Shown here: positions 52,380 through 62,189 of the stretch, one piece after another
Layout of the letters: every line of letters starts with the position of its first letter
How positions within the stretch are numbered: position 1 is the stretch's first letter
Source: an uncultured delta proteobacterium
GTDB taxonomy: Bacteria > Desulfobacterota > Binatia > Binatales > Binataceae
Length of the DNA: 64,000 nucleotides
NCBI GenBank assembly: GCA_963765675.1
Contig: CAVXXK010000003.1
Coordinates: 192,001-256,000, forward strand
Direction of reading: 5' to 3'
The notes under the pieces: model-generated
Databases searched by the model: none
What the model was told of the DNA's origin: nothing
What the model saw: the letters and a program-made list of their open reading frames with translations, nothing else
Program-made: the position numbers and the translations under genes

Positions 52380-53606
52380 TTAGCGAACGACTCGAAGCCG
52401 CCGCGACTTCGCCGCGCGCATCGCGGCAAGGCGATCCAGGATCTTATCGGCGACCTCGTCTTTCGACAGTATCGGCAGACTCTCGACGCTGCCGTCGGCA
52501 CCGAAGAACGTGACGATATTGGTATCGACCGCAAAGCCGGCGCCCGACTGGGTGACGTCGTTGGCGACGATCAGATCGAGCCGCTTGCGCGCGAGCTTGC
52601 TCTTCGCGTTCGCCGCAAGGTCATCGGTCTCGGCGGCGAATCCGATCATCAGGCGCGAACCTTTCTTCGCCGCAATTCGCGGAAGCTCGTCGGCGATCGA
52701 AATCATCTTGAGCTCGATTCCCTTGGCGTTCTTCTTAAGCTTGCCGGCCGCCGGATGCGCGGGGCGGAAGTCCGCAACCGCCGCGGCCATCACGAGCGCG
52801 GAAGCCCACGAGAAATGGGTCGAAGTCGCCGCAAGCAACTGGGCCGCGCTTGCCGTATCGATCCGCTCGACACCATAGGGCGTCGGCAGCGCCGAGGGTC
52901 CCGCGACCAGCCGCACCTCCGCGCCGCGGCGGCGCGCAGCGGCCGCGATCGCGAAGCCCATCTTTCCTGAAGATCGATTCGAGACGAAGCGCACCGGATC
53001 GATCGCCTCTTGCGTGGGACCGGCGGTGACGAGGACGCGCTCACCCGCCAGATCGTTCGGCGAAAGAATCCGCTCGAGTTCGGCGGTGATGATCGCGGTG
53101 TCGGGCAGACGGCCCTTGCCCTCGTAGCCGCAAGCGAGCTCGCCCTCGGCGGGCTCGATGATCGTCGCACCGCGCGCGCGCAGCCTGCCAAGATTCTCGA
53201 CGACCGTGGGATGCGCGTACATGTGCACGTTCATCGCGGGCGCGAATGCGACCGGCGCCTGCGTGGCGAGCAAGACGGTGGTGACGATATCATCGGCGAT
53301 TCCCGCCGCGGCTTTCGCGATCACGTTGGCGGTTGCGGGCGCGATCAGAACCGCGTCAGCGGAATCAGCAAGCCGGATATGCCCAATCTCAGACTCCTGG
53401 GTGAGACTGAAAGTATCGGTAGCGACCGGGCTCTGCGCAAGCGTCTGGAGCGTGAGCGGCGTGATAAACTCCTGCGCGTTGCGTGTCATCATCACGCGGA
53501 CTCTCGCTCCTCGCTGCACCAAGGCGCGCACGATTTCGGCCGCCTTGTACGCGGCGATCCCGCCGCTAACGCCGAGCACGATCGTCTTATCGCGCAGGAT
53601 GCTCAT
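52380..53606 (-). CDS. coaBC: Phosphopantothenoylcysteine decarboxylase/synthase
   Basis: GGIAAYKA, APATAN, APAMN, VTAGPTQEAIDPVRFVSNRSSGKMG, GFAAET. Confidence 0.96.
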   Translation of the reverse strand: MSILRDKTIVLGVSGGIAAYKAAEIVRALVQRGARVRVMMTRNAQEFITPLTLQTLAQSPVATDTFSLTQESEIGHIRLADSADAVLIAPATANVIAKAAAGIADDIVTTVLLATQAPVAFAPAMNVHMYAHPTVVENLGRLRARGATIIEPAEGELACGYEGKGRLPDTAIITAELERILSPNDLAGERVLVTAGPTQEAIDPVRFVSNRSSGKMGFAIAAAARRRGAEVRLVAGPSALPTPYGVERIDTASAAQLLAATSTHFSWASALVMAAAVADFRPAHPAAGKLKKNAKGIELKMISIADELPRIAAKKGSRLMIGFAAETDDLAANAKSKLARKRLDLIVANDVTQSGAGFAVDTNIVTFFGADGSVESLPILSKDEVADKILDRLAAMRAAKSRRLRVVR

Positions 53607-53660
53607 CAGGGATCGATTCTATTGTGCACCGCCCTCCAGACGAAAGCCCCCCGCTATGCC

Positions 53661-54245
53661 TCACGACTCAGGACGCCAGCGATTCTCAGGGAGTAGCCGA
53701 TAAACACCGCCCGCCCTCGCGAGCATCCGATAACCCACCATCTCGCGGCGTAGGGTCGCGGCGTCTCCGTGATGGCGCTTCAGGATCGCGTTCACCTGCG
53801 CCTCGCTGTAGTCGATGCCTGCGGCGAACTTGCGCGCGAGCCATCTGAGCACCAGCCATCGTTTCTTGCGCGCGACCGGAATGGAGGTTAGGCGTTCGCC
53901 GTCGAGGAAATTCGCCAGCACCTCGCGCTCGCCGGCCTCGGCGGAAGTATCGGCAGCAATCTGGTCAAGGGAAGGGCGGCTCAGCAGCGCGCGGCTTCGG
54001 CGATGGAGCGCGTCCTCTTCGAGCCGGTACCATCGGGTGGTGCCCTCGGAGCGGACGCTCGCAAGGCCTACAGTCTTCAAGATCGCCAGATGGTGCGAGA
54101 CGGTGGGCTCGCGCAGCCCCAGCGCGCGAGCGAGTTCCTGCACGCTGTACTCGCGCGCGGCGAGCAATCCGACAATCCGCAGCCGGCTGCGGTCGGCGAG
54201 CGCGCGGAAAAACTCGAGCGGCTCGGACAAGAGAGCTTCGTTCAT
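53661..54245 (-). CDS. ArsR/SmtB HTH plus DUF2087 protein (start 54245 or 54269)
   Basis: FRALADRSRLRIV..PTVSHHL; C-terminal RLTSIPVARKKR..YSEAQVN..DAATLRREMV. Confidence 0.85.
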   Translation of the reverse strand: MNEALLSEPLEFFRALADRSRLRIVGLLAAREYSVQELARALGLREPTVSHHLAILKTVGLASVRSEGTTRWYRLEEDALHRRSRALLSRPSLDQIAADTSAEAGEREVLANFLDGERLTSIPVARKKRWLVLRWLARKFAAGIDYSEAQVNAILKRHHGDAATLRREMVGYRMLARAGGVYRLLPENRWRPES

Positions 54246-54268
54246 CACGCTTGATTTATCGACTAGCA

Positions 54269-54294
54269 TCTAATTAGATATATATCTAATTAGA
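54269..54294. promoter_or_regulatory. Perfect 26-bp palindromic operator TCTAATTAGA-TATATA-TCTAATTAGA
   Basis: Exact self-complementarity; lies directly upstream of the ArsR-DUF2087 gene. Confidence 0.75.
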
Positions 54295-54399
54295 CCGCGA
54301 TCGACAAGAGCTTTAGGTTGCGGATCCCGACGGGTACGTTATCGAACTGAACGCTCAAGCAGTCCTGTTGGCGCGAAAGCGCCACGATAGCGGCGAGGC

Positions 54400-55720
54400 T
54401 CAATCGTAATATTCGAGCCCCAGATGCGTGATTAGTTCTTCGCCGCGCATCCAGCGCAGCGTGTTCTTCAGCTTCATCAACTGGATGAAGATGTCGTGCT
54501 CGGGATAGACGTTGGGCGCGTGCATCGGGGCCTTGAAGTAGAACGACAGCCATTCCTGGATTCCGCGCATCCCGGCGCGATGCGCCAGATCGAGAAACAG
54601 CACAAGGTCGAGGACCAGCGGAGCGGCCAGAATCGAGTCGCGGCACAGGAAGTTGATCTTGATCTGCATCGGATAGCCGAGCCATCCGAAGATATCGATA
54701 TTGTCCCATCCTTCCTTGGCGTCGCCGCGCGGTGGGTAATAGTTGATCTTCACCGAATGAAACAGCTTGCCGTAAAGCTGCGGATAAAGGTCGGCCTGAA
54801 GAATCTGATCGAGCACCGAAAGCTTGGTCTCTTCTTTTGATCGGAACGAGCCCGGATCGTCGAGCACCTCGCCGTCGCGATTGCCGAGAATATTGGTCGA
54901 AAACCATCCCGACATCCCGAGCATCCGCGCCTTCAGGCCCGGCGCGATGAGCGTCTTCATGAAAGTCTGCCCGGTTTTGTAGTCCTTGCCGCACACCGGG
55001 ACATTTTTGTCCCGCGCGAGCTCGAGCAGCGCGGGCGTGTCGGTGGTGAGATTCGGCGCGCCGTTAGCGTATGGGATTCCGAGCTTCAACGCGGCGTAGG
55101 CGTAGATCTGGCTCGGCGCGATTTCGGGATCGTTGTTCGCAAGGCCGGCCTCGAAAGCCTTTAAGCGATTGATGCACCGCTGCGGGACGATGAAAAACCT
55201 CGGTCGAGCCGCACCAGATCATCACCAGGCGCGCTGCGCCGGTGCGTTCCTTGAAGCGCCGGATGTCGTCGATCAGCATCTCGGCCTTGTCCATCTTGGT
55301 CCGCGCTTCTTTTACATTGGGGCCGCTGATCCGGCGGATGTAATCGGGATCGAACACGGCATCCATCGGACGAATTTTTTCCAGCGGCTCGCGCACCTGC
55401 TCGAGCATCGCCGGCTCGAGCACGGCCGCATTGCGCGCGGACTGGTACGCGTTGTCCTCGAAAATATCCCATCCGCCGAACTCGAGATCTTCGAGCCGGG
55501 CGAGCGGAACGAAATCCTTGATCAGCGGAGTGCGGCCCTCGCTGCGCTTGCCCAGGCGAACCGTCGCAAGCTGGGTGAGCGATCCGATGGGGACGCCGAG
55601 TCCGCGTTTGACGGCTTCGACTCCGGCGATAAACGTGGTGCTGACCGCTCCGAGTCCGGGCAGCAAAACTCCGAGCTTGCCGTCCGCGGGCGCGATTCGG
55701 ACCGGATCTTTGGTAATCAA
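54400..55720 (-). CDS. ino1: Myo-inositol-1-phosphate synthase (one +1 frameshift near 55161)
   Basis: GLGAVSTT, FGGWDI, WCGSTE, YANGAPN, GKDYKTGQT, NILGNRDG, CRDSILAAPLVLDL, LSFYFKAP. Confidence 0.9.
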
Positions 55721-55721
55721 A

Positions 55722-56057
55722 CTATCCCTTCTTGAAGCGCGAAGGATAATCGGCGTTAAAGGTTTGCTCGGGATGCATCTTGCGCGCGCGTTCGATCAGG
55801 ACTTCCTCGGTCTCGGGAATATTCGGATCGGGAATACAGCAATCCACAGGGCAGACGGCCGCGCATTGCTCCTGGTCGAAGAAGCCGACGCATTCGGTGC
55901 ATTTTGAAGGAACGATATAGTAGATATCTTCCTTGATCGCCGGGCTCGACGCGCCGTCGAGCTCCCACTGCGCTCCGCCTTCGTAGATCGCGGTATTGGG
56001 GCATTCGGGCTCGCAGGCGCCGCAGTTGATGCATTCCTCAGTGATCAGTGTGGACAT
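55722..56057 (-). CDS. YfhL-family 2x[4Fe-4S] ferredoxin
   Basis: [12 protein letters not shown] and [16 protein letters not shown]. Confidence 0.9.
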   Translation of the reverse strand: MSTLITEECINCGACEPECPNTAIYEGGAQWELDGASSPAIKEDIYYIVPSKCTECVGFFDQEQCAAVCPVDCCIPDPNIPETEEVLIERARKMHPEQTFNADYPSRFKKG

Positions 56058-56164
56058 GATTCAGGCTCCCGGAACTCTCGCAGACCACGCGCGCTTGCGG
56101 GTCCGTTGTTTTCTTTATCGAACGGAAACAATATCGGCGCATCCGGACGCGGGCAAGGGCATCG

Positions 56165-57229
56165 TCACTGAACTACGGTTGGCGGCATCGCGGCGACCAC
56201 GCGCCGCGCGAGCTCGGTGAATGCGCGGCTCGCGGGATGATCAGGGCTTTTAATCACGAGCGGCATTCCGTCGTCGCCCGCACTGCGGAGGTCGGGATAA
56301 ATCGGAATCTGGCCGAGCACGCTTATCCCCTCTTCCGCCGCGATCTCCTCGCCGCCGCCGTGGCCGAAAAGCTCGTCGCGCTCGCCGCAATCGGGGCATG
56401 AGAAGTAGCTCATGTTTTCGACCACGCCCAAAAGCGGGCAATGCACCTGCCGGAACATCTTGACCGCGCGCATCGCGTCGAGCACGGCTACATCCTGCGG
56501 CGTGGTGACGATAATCACGCCGTCGATCGCGACCTGCTGTGCGAGCGTTAGTTGCGCGTCGCCGGTGCCGGGCGGCAGATCGACGATCAGGAAATCCTGC
56601 GTGCCCCACAGCGTGTCGCGCAGAAACTGCCGCACGGCGCCCATCACCATCGGGCCGCGCCAGATAACGGGCGCTTTCTCGCCCAGGAAAAAACCGATCG
56701 AGATCAGCTTCACGCCATACTTTTCGATCGGATAGAAATTCTGGCCGCCCGCCGACTTGGGATGCTCGTCGGTGGTGGCGAACATCATCGGGATCGACGG
56801 CCCGTAGATATCGGCGTCGAGCAGGCCGACGCTCAGGCCCAGTTGCGCCAGCGCGCAGGCGAGATTGGCGGCGACGGTGGATTTGCCCACGCCGCCCTTT
56901 CCGCTCGCGACGGCAACGATGTACTTGGTGCCCTCGAGACGGACGCGGCCGGTCTTCTCGCCGAGCTCGGGCTCGACGCGGCGCACGCGCAACTCGACTT
57001 TGGCGACGCCAAGATCGTGCGCGAGCGCATGATGCACCCGCTCGGCGACGCGCTGCATCACCTCGTCGCGCGAGGAGACCTGCCGAAGCGTGAGCGAGAA
57101 GCCGCTGCCGTCGGGGAGCGGCGTCACCTGCTCGACCAGGCCCAGCGTGGCGATATCGGCGGCGTAGCCCGGGTAGGCGACCCGGCCCAGAGCCTCGAGC
57201 ACGGCTTCGATTGAAACTTGTTGCGCCAC
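56165..57229 (-). CDS. Mrp/NBP35/ApbC Fe-S cluster carrier ATPase
   Basis: SGKGGVGKST, DADIYGPS, WRGPM, DLPPGTGD, ENMS..CPDC. Confidence 0.93.
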   Translation of the reverse strand: MAQQVSIEAVLEALGRVAYPGYAADIATLGLVEQVTPLPDGSGFSLTLRQVSSRDEVMQRVAERVHHALAHDLGVAKVELRVRRVEPELGEKTGRVRLEGTKYIVAVASGKGGVGKSTVAANLACALAQLGLSVGLLDADIYGPSIPMMFATTDEHPKSAGGQNFYPIEKYGVKLISIGFFLGEKAPVIWRGPMVMGAVRQFLRDTLWGTQDFLIVDLPPGTGDAQLTLAQQVAIDGVIIVTTPQDVAVLDAMRAVKMFRQVHCPLLGVVENMSYFSCPDCGERDELFGHGGGEEIAAEEGISVLGQIPIYPDLRSAGDDGMPLVIKSPDHPASRAFTELARRVVAAMPPTVVQ

Positions 57230-57482
57230 TTATATTATTGTCGCAGATACATTAGCGCTTTGAAAGTCATAGGTTCATTATCTGATATTTTCGCCATTTG
57301 CGAAACTTTCAGTTTATCGAGATAAAGTAAGGCTTAATTGCCTAAAATCAGTGGGTTCGTTTGGTCAGATTTTCCCTCGTTGAGCCGCATGGGCTTTTTG
57401 GGGCGAAAATAACAGCGCGGGATCTAAAAGCTCCGCGGCCACATCCTCCTCCGAAAGCTTGAAGCATCCGGTGCGCCAAAAC

Positions 57483-57503
57483 AAGGCTGAACTGTTCAGC
57501 CTT
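57483..57503. repeat. Perfect palindrome AAGGCTGAAC-T-GTTCAGCCTT (copy of 31118-31134)
   Basis: Direct reading; preceded by GTGGGTTCGTTTGGT at 57351, as at 30801. Confidence 0.75.
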
Positions 57504-57535
57504 CTAAAATCCGTGGATTAGTCTATAGGCGCGGA

Positions 57536-58546
57536 TCAAGTAGCCAGCGGCGCGAGGCGCGTCGCAATAACTGTGCGAGCTTCGTTGGCGATGCGGCGAA
57601 CAATCTCGCCGGCGGGCAGAACCTCGCGCACTTGGGTCACCGATTGCCCGGCGTACCACGCGAGTCCGCCGAGATCGCCATCCATCTCTTCGGACGGCGG
57701 CGAGACCGAGTAATTCGCAAGCGGCAGCTCGAGGCCCGGGCGCACGAGCTTTGCGCTCGACACACCTTCGCCCGGACGGCGGCCCGATTCCGGGCGGCCA
57801 GCGCGCTCCCATTCCTCGACCAGCGGAGTGCGCAGCGTGCGGTGCGTAGCGTCGGGCCATCCAACGTCGTAGAGCTTGGTATGAAAGGTCTCGGCGGCGT
57901 GCGCGGCGACGATGCGGCGCTTGTAGTCCGGATGCGCGGCGGATTCGTGCGAGGCGATGAAGCGCGTTCCGAAAACCGCGCCGTCGGCTCCCAGGGCCAG
58001 CGCGGCGGCGAGCCCGCGTCCGTCGGCGAGTCCTCCGGCCGCGAGCATCGGCAGGTCGCCGATCGCGTCGCGGACTTCGGGAACTAGCGCAAGCGTGGTA
58101 ACGATTCCGCGCACATGGCCGCCCGCCTCGAAGCCCTGCGCAATAATCGCGTCGGCGCCGGCGGCCTTCGCGCGGGCCGCCTCGTCGGCGGAACCGCACT
58201 GCCATACGACGGTCAGCCCAAGTCTTTTTGCCGCGGGAATCTGCTCGGCGGGATCGCCCCAGAAAAACGTGACAGCTTCGATCTTTTCGCGCGCGAGCAA
58301 TTCAAGCGACCCCGGTCGCATGAACGGAATCAGCAGATTCACGGCGATCGGCTTATTGGTGAGCGAACGCGCCAGCGAAATTTCAGACGCGATCGCTTCG
58401 AGATTGAATCCTGCCAGAGCAATGGTGCCGAGACCGCCCGCCTCAGAGACGGCGGCAGCGAGCCGCGCGTGCGCGACGGTGCCCATCCCGGCGGAGACGA
58501 TCGGGAGATCGATCTTGAACAGATCACAGATGCGGGTGTGAAGCAT
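57536..58546 (-). CDS. Nitronate monooxygenase/FabK-like flavoprotein
   Basis: PIVSAGMG, AAVSEAGGLG, AQGFEAGGH, AAGGLADG, GTRFIASHES, AGQSV. Confidence 0.9.
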   Translation of the reverse strand: MLHTRICDLFKIDLPIVSAGMGTVAHARLAAAVSEAGGLGTIALAGFNLEAIASEISLARSLTNKPIAVNLLIPFMRPGSLELLAREKIEAVTFFWGDPAEQIPAAKRLGLTVVWQCGSADEAARAKAAGADAIIAQGFEAGGHVRGIVTTLALVPEVRDAIGDLPMLAAGGLADGRGLAAALALGADGAVFGTRFIASHESAAHPDYKRRIVAAHAAETFHTKLYDVGWPDATHRTLRTPLVEEWERAGRPESGRRPGEGVSSAKLVRPGLELPLANYSVSPPSEEMDGDLGGLAWYAGQSVTQVREVLPAGEIVRRIANEARTVIATRLAPLAT

Positions 58547-58976
58547 GCGCGTTCTTGTTGGACCTCGGTTTTCCGTTGCTTGACTGTGCGATTCTGGACG
58601 CTTTGTTTCGTCGTCCGGCAATTTCCTCGCGTGCGCGCCGGTTCGACTCAGCGGTTGCCGCGCGATCCGTCGCGAGATGACTGAACATGTATGACGTGAG
58701 GGCTTCGTTCATGAGCGTCTGATAGCCGCGTCCATGTGCCTTGAACCACCGCAACACATTGTGATCGATTCTGAGTGAAACAGGTACTTTTGGTCCCGGC
58801 AGAGAAATCACGGCGTCGCGCCAGACTCTCGCGGACATAATTGGTGGAGCGTCGGGATCGGCGGCCACCGCTTCCTCGATCTCGCGATCGGTCATCGAGT
58901 CGAGACGTTTGAAATCAGTCTTGCCTACCGCCCATCGGGACGTGCGGGTACGTCTGACGATACGTTCTGCGTTCAC
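58524..58976 (-). CDS. BrnA family antitoxin (GTG start; C-terminal tail uncertain)
   Basis: TDFKRLDSMTD..DPD; KVPVSLRIDHNVLRWFKAHGRGYQTLMNEAL. Confidence 0.85.
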   Translation of the reverse strand: MNAERIVRRTRTSRWAVGKTDFKRLDSMTDREIEEAVAADPDAPPIMSARVWRDAVISLPGPKVPVSLRIDHNVLRWFKAHGRGYQTLMNEALTSYMFSHLATDRAATAESNRRAREEIAGRRNKASRIAQSSNGKPRSNKNAHASHPHL

Positions 58977-59214
58977 TTCTGCTCGCCCTCCTGGCCGATA
59001 TAATCCGAAGATCGCCGCTGCGGAAGGTGAATGCAATGGTTATAAGCCGGCCCCCCACTTCGCCAACCATTAACATACGCGGTTCGCCATAATCACGTCG
59101 TAGATCGGGCCATTCCACGATGGGACCGTCAAATGCGCGAATCGCATAGTCGAAATCGATTCCATGCTTCTCGACGTTTGCGGCGTTCTTCGCAGGATCC
59201 CATTGGTAACCCAT
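58915..59214 (-). CDS. BrnT family toxin
   Basis: YQWDPAKNAANVEKHGIDF..YGEPR..RIISARRA. Confidence 0.92.
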   Translation of the reverse strand: MGYQWDPAKNAANVEKHGIDFDYAIRAFDGPIVEWPDLRRDYGEPRMLMVGEVGGRLITIAFTFRSGDLRIISARRASRSERRTYRQTYPHVPMGGRQD

Positions 59215-59235
59215 TTCGAGTGTATATACGTTATG

Positions 59236-60039
59236 TCAATACGTCAAGCGCTTGTGAGCCCTTATCGAGAGCGTCAGCGGGATCGGGTCGCCCTTGATGC
59301 GCCACCATCCGTCGGCGCCTTTGTGCATGAAGGGAAAGATCGAGAAGCAGCACACCGGATGCTCGTGCACGAATTCGATTTGCAGGCCCGCCTCGATCAG
59401 AGCCGTAACCACGCCGCCGGTGGTGTACATCCATTCGTGAGTGCCATGCGAGAGCGTGACGGAGTTGTCCGAGTAGTCCGGCCCCGGAGGAAAATTCTGC
59501 TGCGCGGTCTCGAAATATGAGATTCGCGATTTCAGTTCCGTGGGGTTGTCGGTGTCGAAGCACTGCGTCAACGGATGAAATTCCGAAATATAGAAAACGC
59601 CGCCAGGTTTGACGAAATGCGCCGCCACTTGCGCCCATCGCTTCAAATCCGGCAGCCAGCAGAGCGCGCCGTAAGAGGTGAACACGATATCAAACTGCTC
59701 CTTCAGCACTTTCGGCGCGTCGTAAACATCGGAGCAGACAAAAGTCGCGGGAATCTTGAGCTCGGCGCTTAACTTGCGCGCGGCGGCGATCGCCTGGTCC
59801 GAGAAATCCAGTCCGGTGACGGTCGCACCGAGCCGCGCCCAGGACATCGTATCCATCCCGAAGTGGCATTGCAGATGCAGCAGCGACTTGCCACGCACGT
59901 CGCCGACTTCCTCGCGCTCGATCGGATAGAGGTGAATCCCGCCCTTGCGGAAATCGTCCAGGCGATATCCCGCCGAGTTTACATGCACCGCGACTCTTTC
60001 GTTCCAGTTCGCGAGATTGATTTTCGTCCGATCATCCAT
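59236..60039 (-). CDS. Class I SAM-dependent methyltransferase
   Basis: LLHLQCHFGMDT, TGLDFS, FDIVFTSYGALCWLPD, SEFHP; starts MDDRTKIN. Confidence 0.88.
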   Translation of the reverse strand: MDDRTKINLANWNERVAVHVNSAGYRLDDFRKGGIHLYPIEREEVGDVRGKSLLHLQCHFGMDTMSWARLGATVTGLDFSDQAIAAARKLSAELKIPATFVCSDVYDAPKVLKEQFDIVFTSYGALCWLPDLKRWAQVAAHFVKPGGVFYISEFHPLTQCFDTDNPTELKSRISYFETAQQNFPPGPDYSDNSVTLSHGTHEWMYTTGGVVTALIEAGLQIEFVHEHPVCCFSIFPFMHKGADGWWRIKGDPIPLTLSIRAHKRLTY

Positions 60040-60053
60040 TGGCAAATGACTCG

Positions 60054-60474
60054 TTAAGGGCGTTCCGAGGAATAGTCCCACGAGATGACGCGGTCGGGCT
60101 TGAAACGCACGATCACGACCGGGCTGCCGCCCATCGCTTTGGCGTAGCGCTGGCCGGTTTTCGCGCCGAGATAATGCACCGCCATCCGCTTGAGGCGCGC
60201 GTCGTCTTTGGCTTCGGTCATCGTGACGCGGCCTTTCAGGATCACACATTTGTAGGGCGCCTTGCGCGTATCGACGACCAGCGTGATGCGCGGATCGTGC
60301 GCGAGGCATTTGTATTTGAACGCGCTCGCGGCGGTGTGAAACACGATCTTCTCCGGCGCGATATTCGTACCAGGTGGGCACCGCGTGCGGCGCACCGTCG
60401 GGCGCGGTCACGGCGACCACGGCGATTTGCGGCTCTTTCAGAAGCTTGTCGATTGCGCTTTTCTTCATCGGCAT
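60054..60474 (-). CDS. Pyridoxamine 5'-phosphate oxidase-like (PPOX/F420-type) protein (one +1 frameshift near 60353)
   Basis: AVVAVTAPDGAPHAVPTWY joins KIVFHT..KYKCLAHDPRITLVVD..RVISWD. Confidence 0.8.
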
Positions 60475-60617
60475 GGCGATAGATTCTCCTGTGTCTAAGG
60501 ATTGAGGGAGAATCCGCAGATTACGCGGATTCGCGTGATTAAGAAAATCGAGCGGCGCCGGCGTGTGATTCGTATTCCGTTGCTGTGCGTTCCACTGCCG
60601 CTGCGCGTTCTGCTGCC

Positions 60618-60748
60618 GTCATTCCCGCACCTGGCTGCCGCGCGAGGAATCTCGAATACTCGGCGAGCACTCCCACGCGGATGTTCTAAACCAGCGTTAG
60701 CGGAGTCCGGGATTCCTCACGCGCGGCAGCCACGCGCGCGGGAATGAC
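60618..60748. repeat. REPIN-like inverted pair of GTCATTCCCG..GAGGAATC units
   Basis: GTCATTCCCGCACCTGGCTGCCGCGCGAGGAATCTCG and CGGGATTCCTCACGCGCGGCAGCCACGCGCGCGGGAATGAC; near-identical to 31428-31464. Confidence 0.8.
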
Positions 60749-60766
60749 ACCCTGAAAACGGCGTTG

Positions 60767-61567
60767 CTATTTTCCTTTGAAGACGGGTTTGCGTTTGGCG
60801 CGGAAGGCGCTGGTGCCCTCGCGGACGTCTTCCGACGGATTCGTGATCATCACGGAGAGCGCGGCGTCCTCGAGCGCGTTGGCGAGCGTCATCTCCTGCT
60901 GCTTGTACATCATGCGCTTCGCCATCCGGATCGCGAGCGGCGGTCCGTCGGCGAGCTGGCGCGCAAACTCCATCGTGCGCCTTTCGAGTTGCGCGTGTGG
61001 CACGACTTCGGTGACCAGACCCAGCTCGAGCGCGGTCTTGGCGTCGTAGACCTCGGCCAGCATCGTCATCTTGAGCGCCCGATCCATCCCCATAAAGCGC
61101 GGGAAGAAATATGCGCCGCCCTCGTCACACAGAAGTCCGAATTTGAGCGCGGTGTCGCCCAGGCGCGCCTGGTCGGACGCGATCCTGAAATCGCAACACA
61201 GCGCGAGCGTCAGGCCGCCCGCCACGGCAGCGCCGTTGACCGAAGCGATCACGGGTTTATCGAAGCGGTTGAGCGAGAGCACGAGTTGATGAAAGCCCTC
61301 GCGCATTTCCAGCAGATGGCCCATCGGATGGCCGTGGAAGCGCGAGCGGGTATCGGGCGAGCCGCTGATATCACCGCCGGCGCAAAAGGCGCGGCCGGTG
61401 CCGGTGATAACGAGCACGCGAACGGCATCGTCCTGGCGCGCGAGATCGATCGCGGCGAGGGTCTCCTTGACGAGCGGCTCGCTATAACCATTCATCCGCT
61501 CGGGCCGGTTCAGCGTGATCTTAGCGATCGCGTCGTGCGCGTCGTAGATGATTGTGTGGAAGTCCAT
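60767..61567 (-). CDS. Enoyl-CoA hydratase/isomerase family protein
   Basis: ITLNRPERMN, AFCAGGDI, KPVIASVNGAAVAGG, SEDVREG..KRKPVFKGK. Confidence 0.93.
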   Translation of the reverse strand: MDFHTIIYDAHDAIAKITLNRPERMNGYSEPLVKETLAAIDLARQDDAVRVLVITGTGRAFCAGGDISGSPDTRSRFHGHPMGHLLEMREGFHQLVLSLNRFDKPVIASVNGAAVAGGLTLALCCDFRIASDQARLGDTALKFGLLCDEGGAYFFPRFMGMDRALKMTMLAEVYDAKTALELGLVTEVVPHAQLERRTMEFARQLADGPPLAIRMAKRMMYKQQEMTLANALEDAALSVMITNPSEDVREGTSAFRAKRKPVFKGK

Positions 61568-61571
61568 TGGG

Positions 61572-62189
61572 CTAGTTTACCTCCGCCTGGCGGATCGTTT
61601 TGGTAAGCTCGAAATCAAAGCCTGCCGCAACCAGTCGCGGCAGTCTCTCGCGTTGATAGACGATCTTGCCGGCGCGCAGCTCCATCAGACGGATGGGCCG
61701 GAGGCGCGCGGACGAATTGTCGAGGAAGTGCGATTGGTCCGTTTTGAACCAGCCGCCTGTTTAAGATTCTGAAGGCTGCGCATGTACCTGCGGCGAATGT
61801 CCACTTCCGGCACATCGTGGCCACCCTTCGCCACGCGCACGCGGACGCGGCTTATCGCCAGTTCGAGGCTCCGAAGGCCGACGTAGATCAGCCCGATCCG
61901 GTAGTCGCGACTTTGGCGCGGATCCATGAGAGCAAGAATCGAATCGGCCAGCGAGAGCGTGGTTTCCCGCGCAAATTATCGGCCTGACGGACGAGCAACC
62001 GGGCTCGCGAGGATCGTCTCGATTCCCGGCGCGCTCGCTGCGTATCCCGACTGCGTAGCTCTGCCCAAGCCGAGCGGCGACCTCGTCAGGATTGAGCAGA
62101 TCCTCATTCCGAAGCCCGCCAACAACTCCCGCGCCGGTGGTGCTCTTGCCCGCGCCGTTTGGCCCGGCGATGAGCCACATCCACGGCAC
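61572..62189 (-). pseudogene. Zeta-toxin-like P-loop kinase, multiply frameshifted
   Basis: IAGPNGAGKST and NPDEV in one frame; RVRVRVAKGGHDVPEVDIRRRY in another; DNS and the C-terminus in a third. Confidence 0.7.

Noticed and set aside
48850-52970. Long plus-strand ORFs (493, 274 and 613 aa) and similar Arg/Ala-rich ORFs throughout the window
   Set aside because: Antisense or alternative-frame shadows of well-supported genes, expected in high-GC DNA; no recognisable motifs
59236-60474. Apparent PPOX-methyltransferase fusion (412 aa)
   Set aside because: Produced by a +1 frameshift near 60353; the PPOX C-terminus and stop are in another frame and the methyltransferase has its own ATG at 60039
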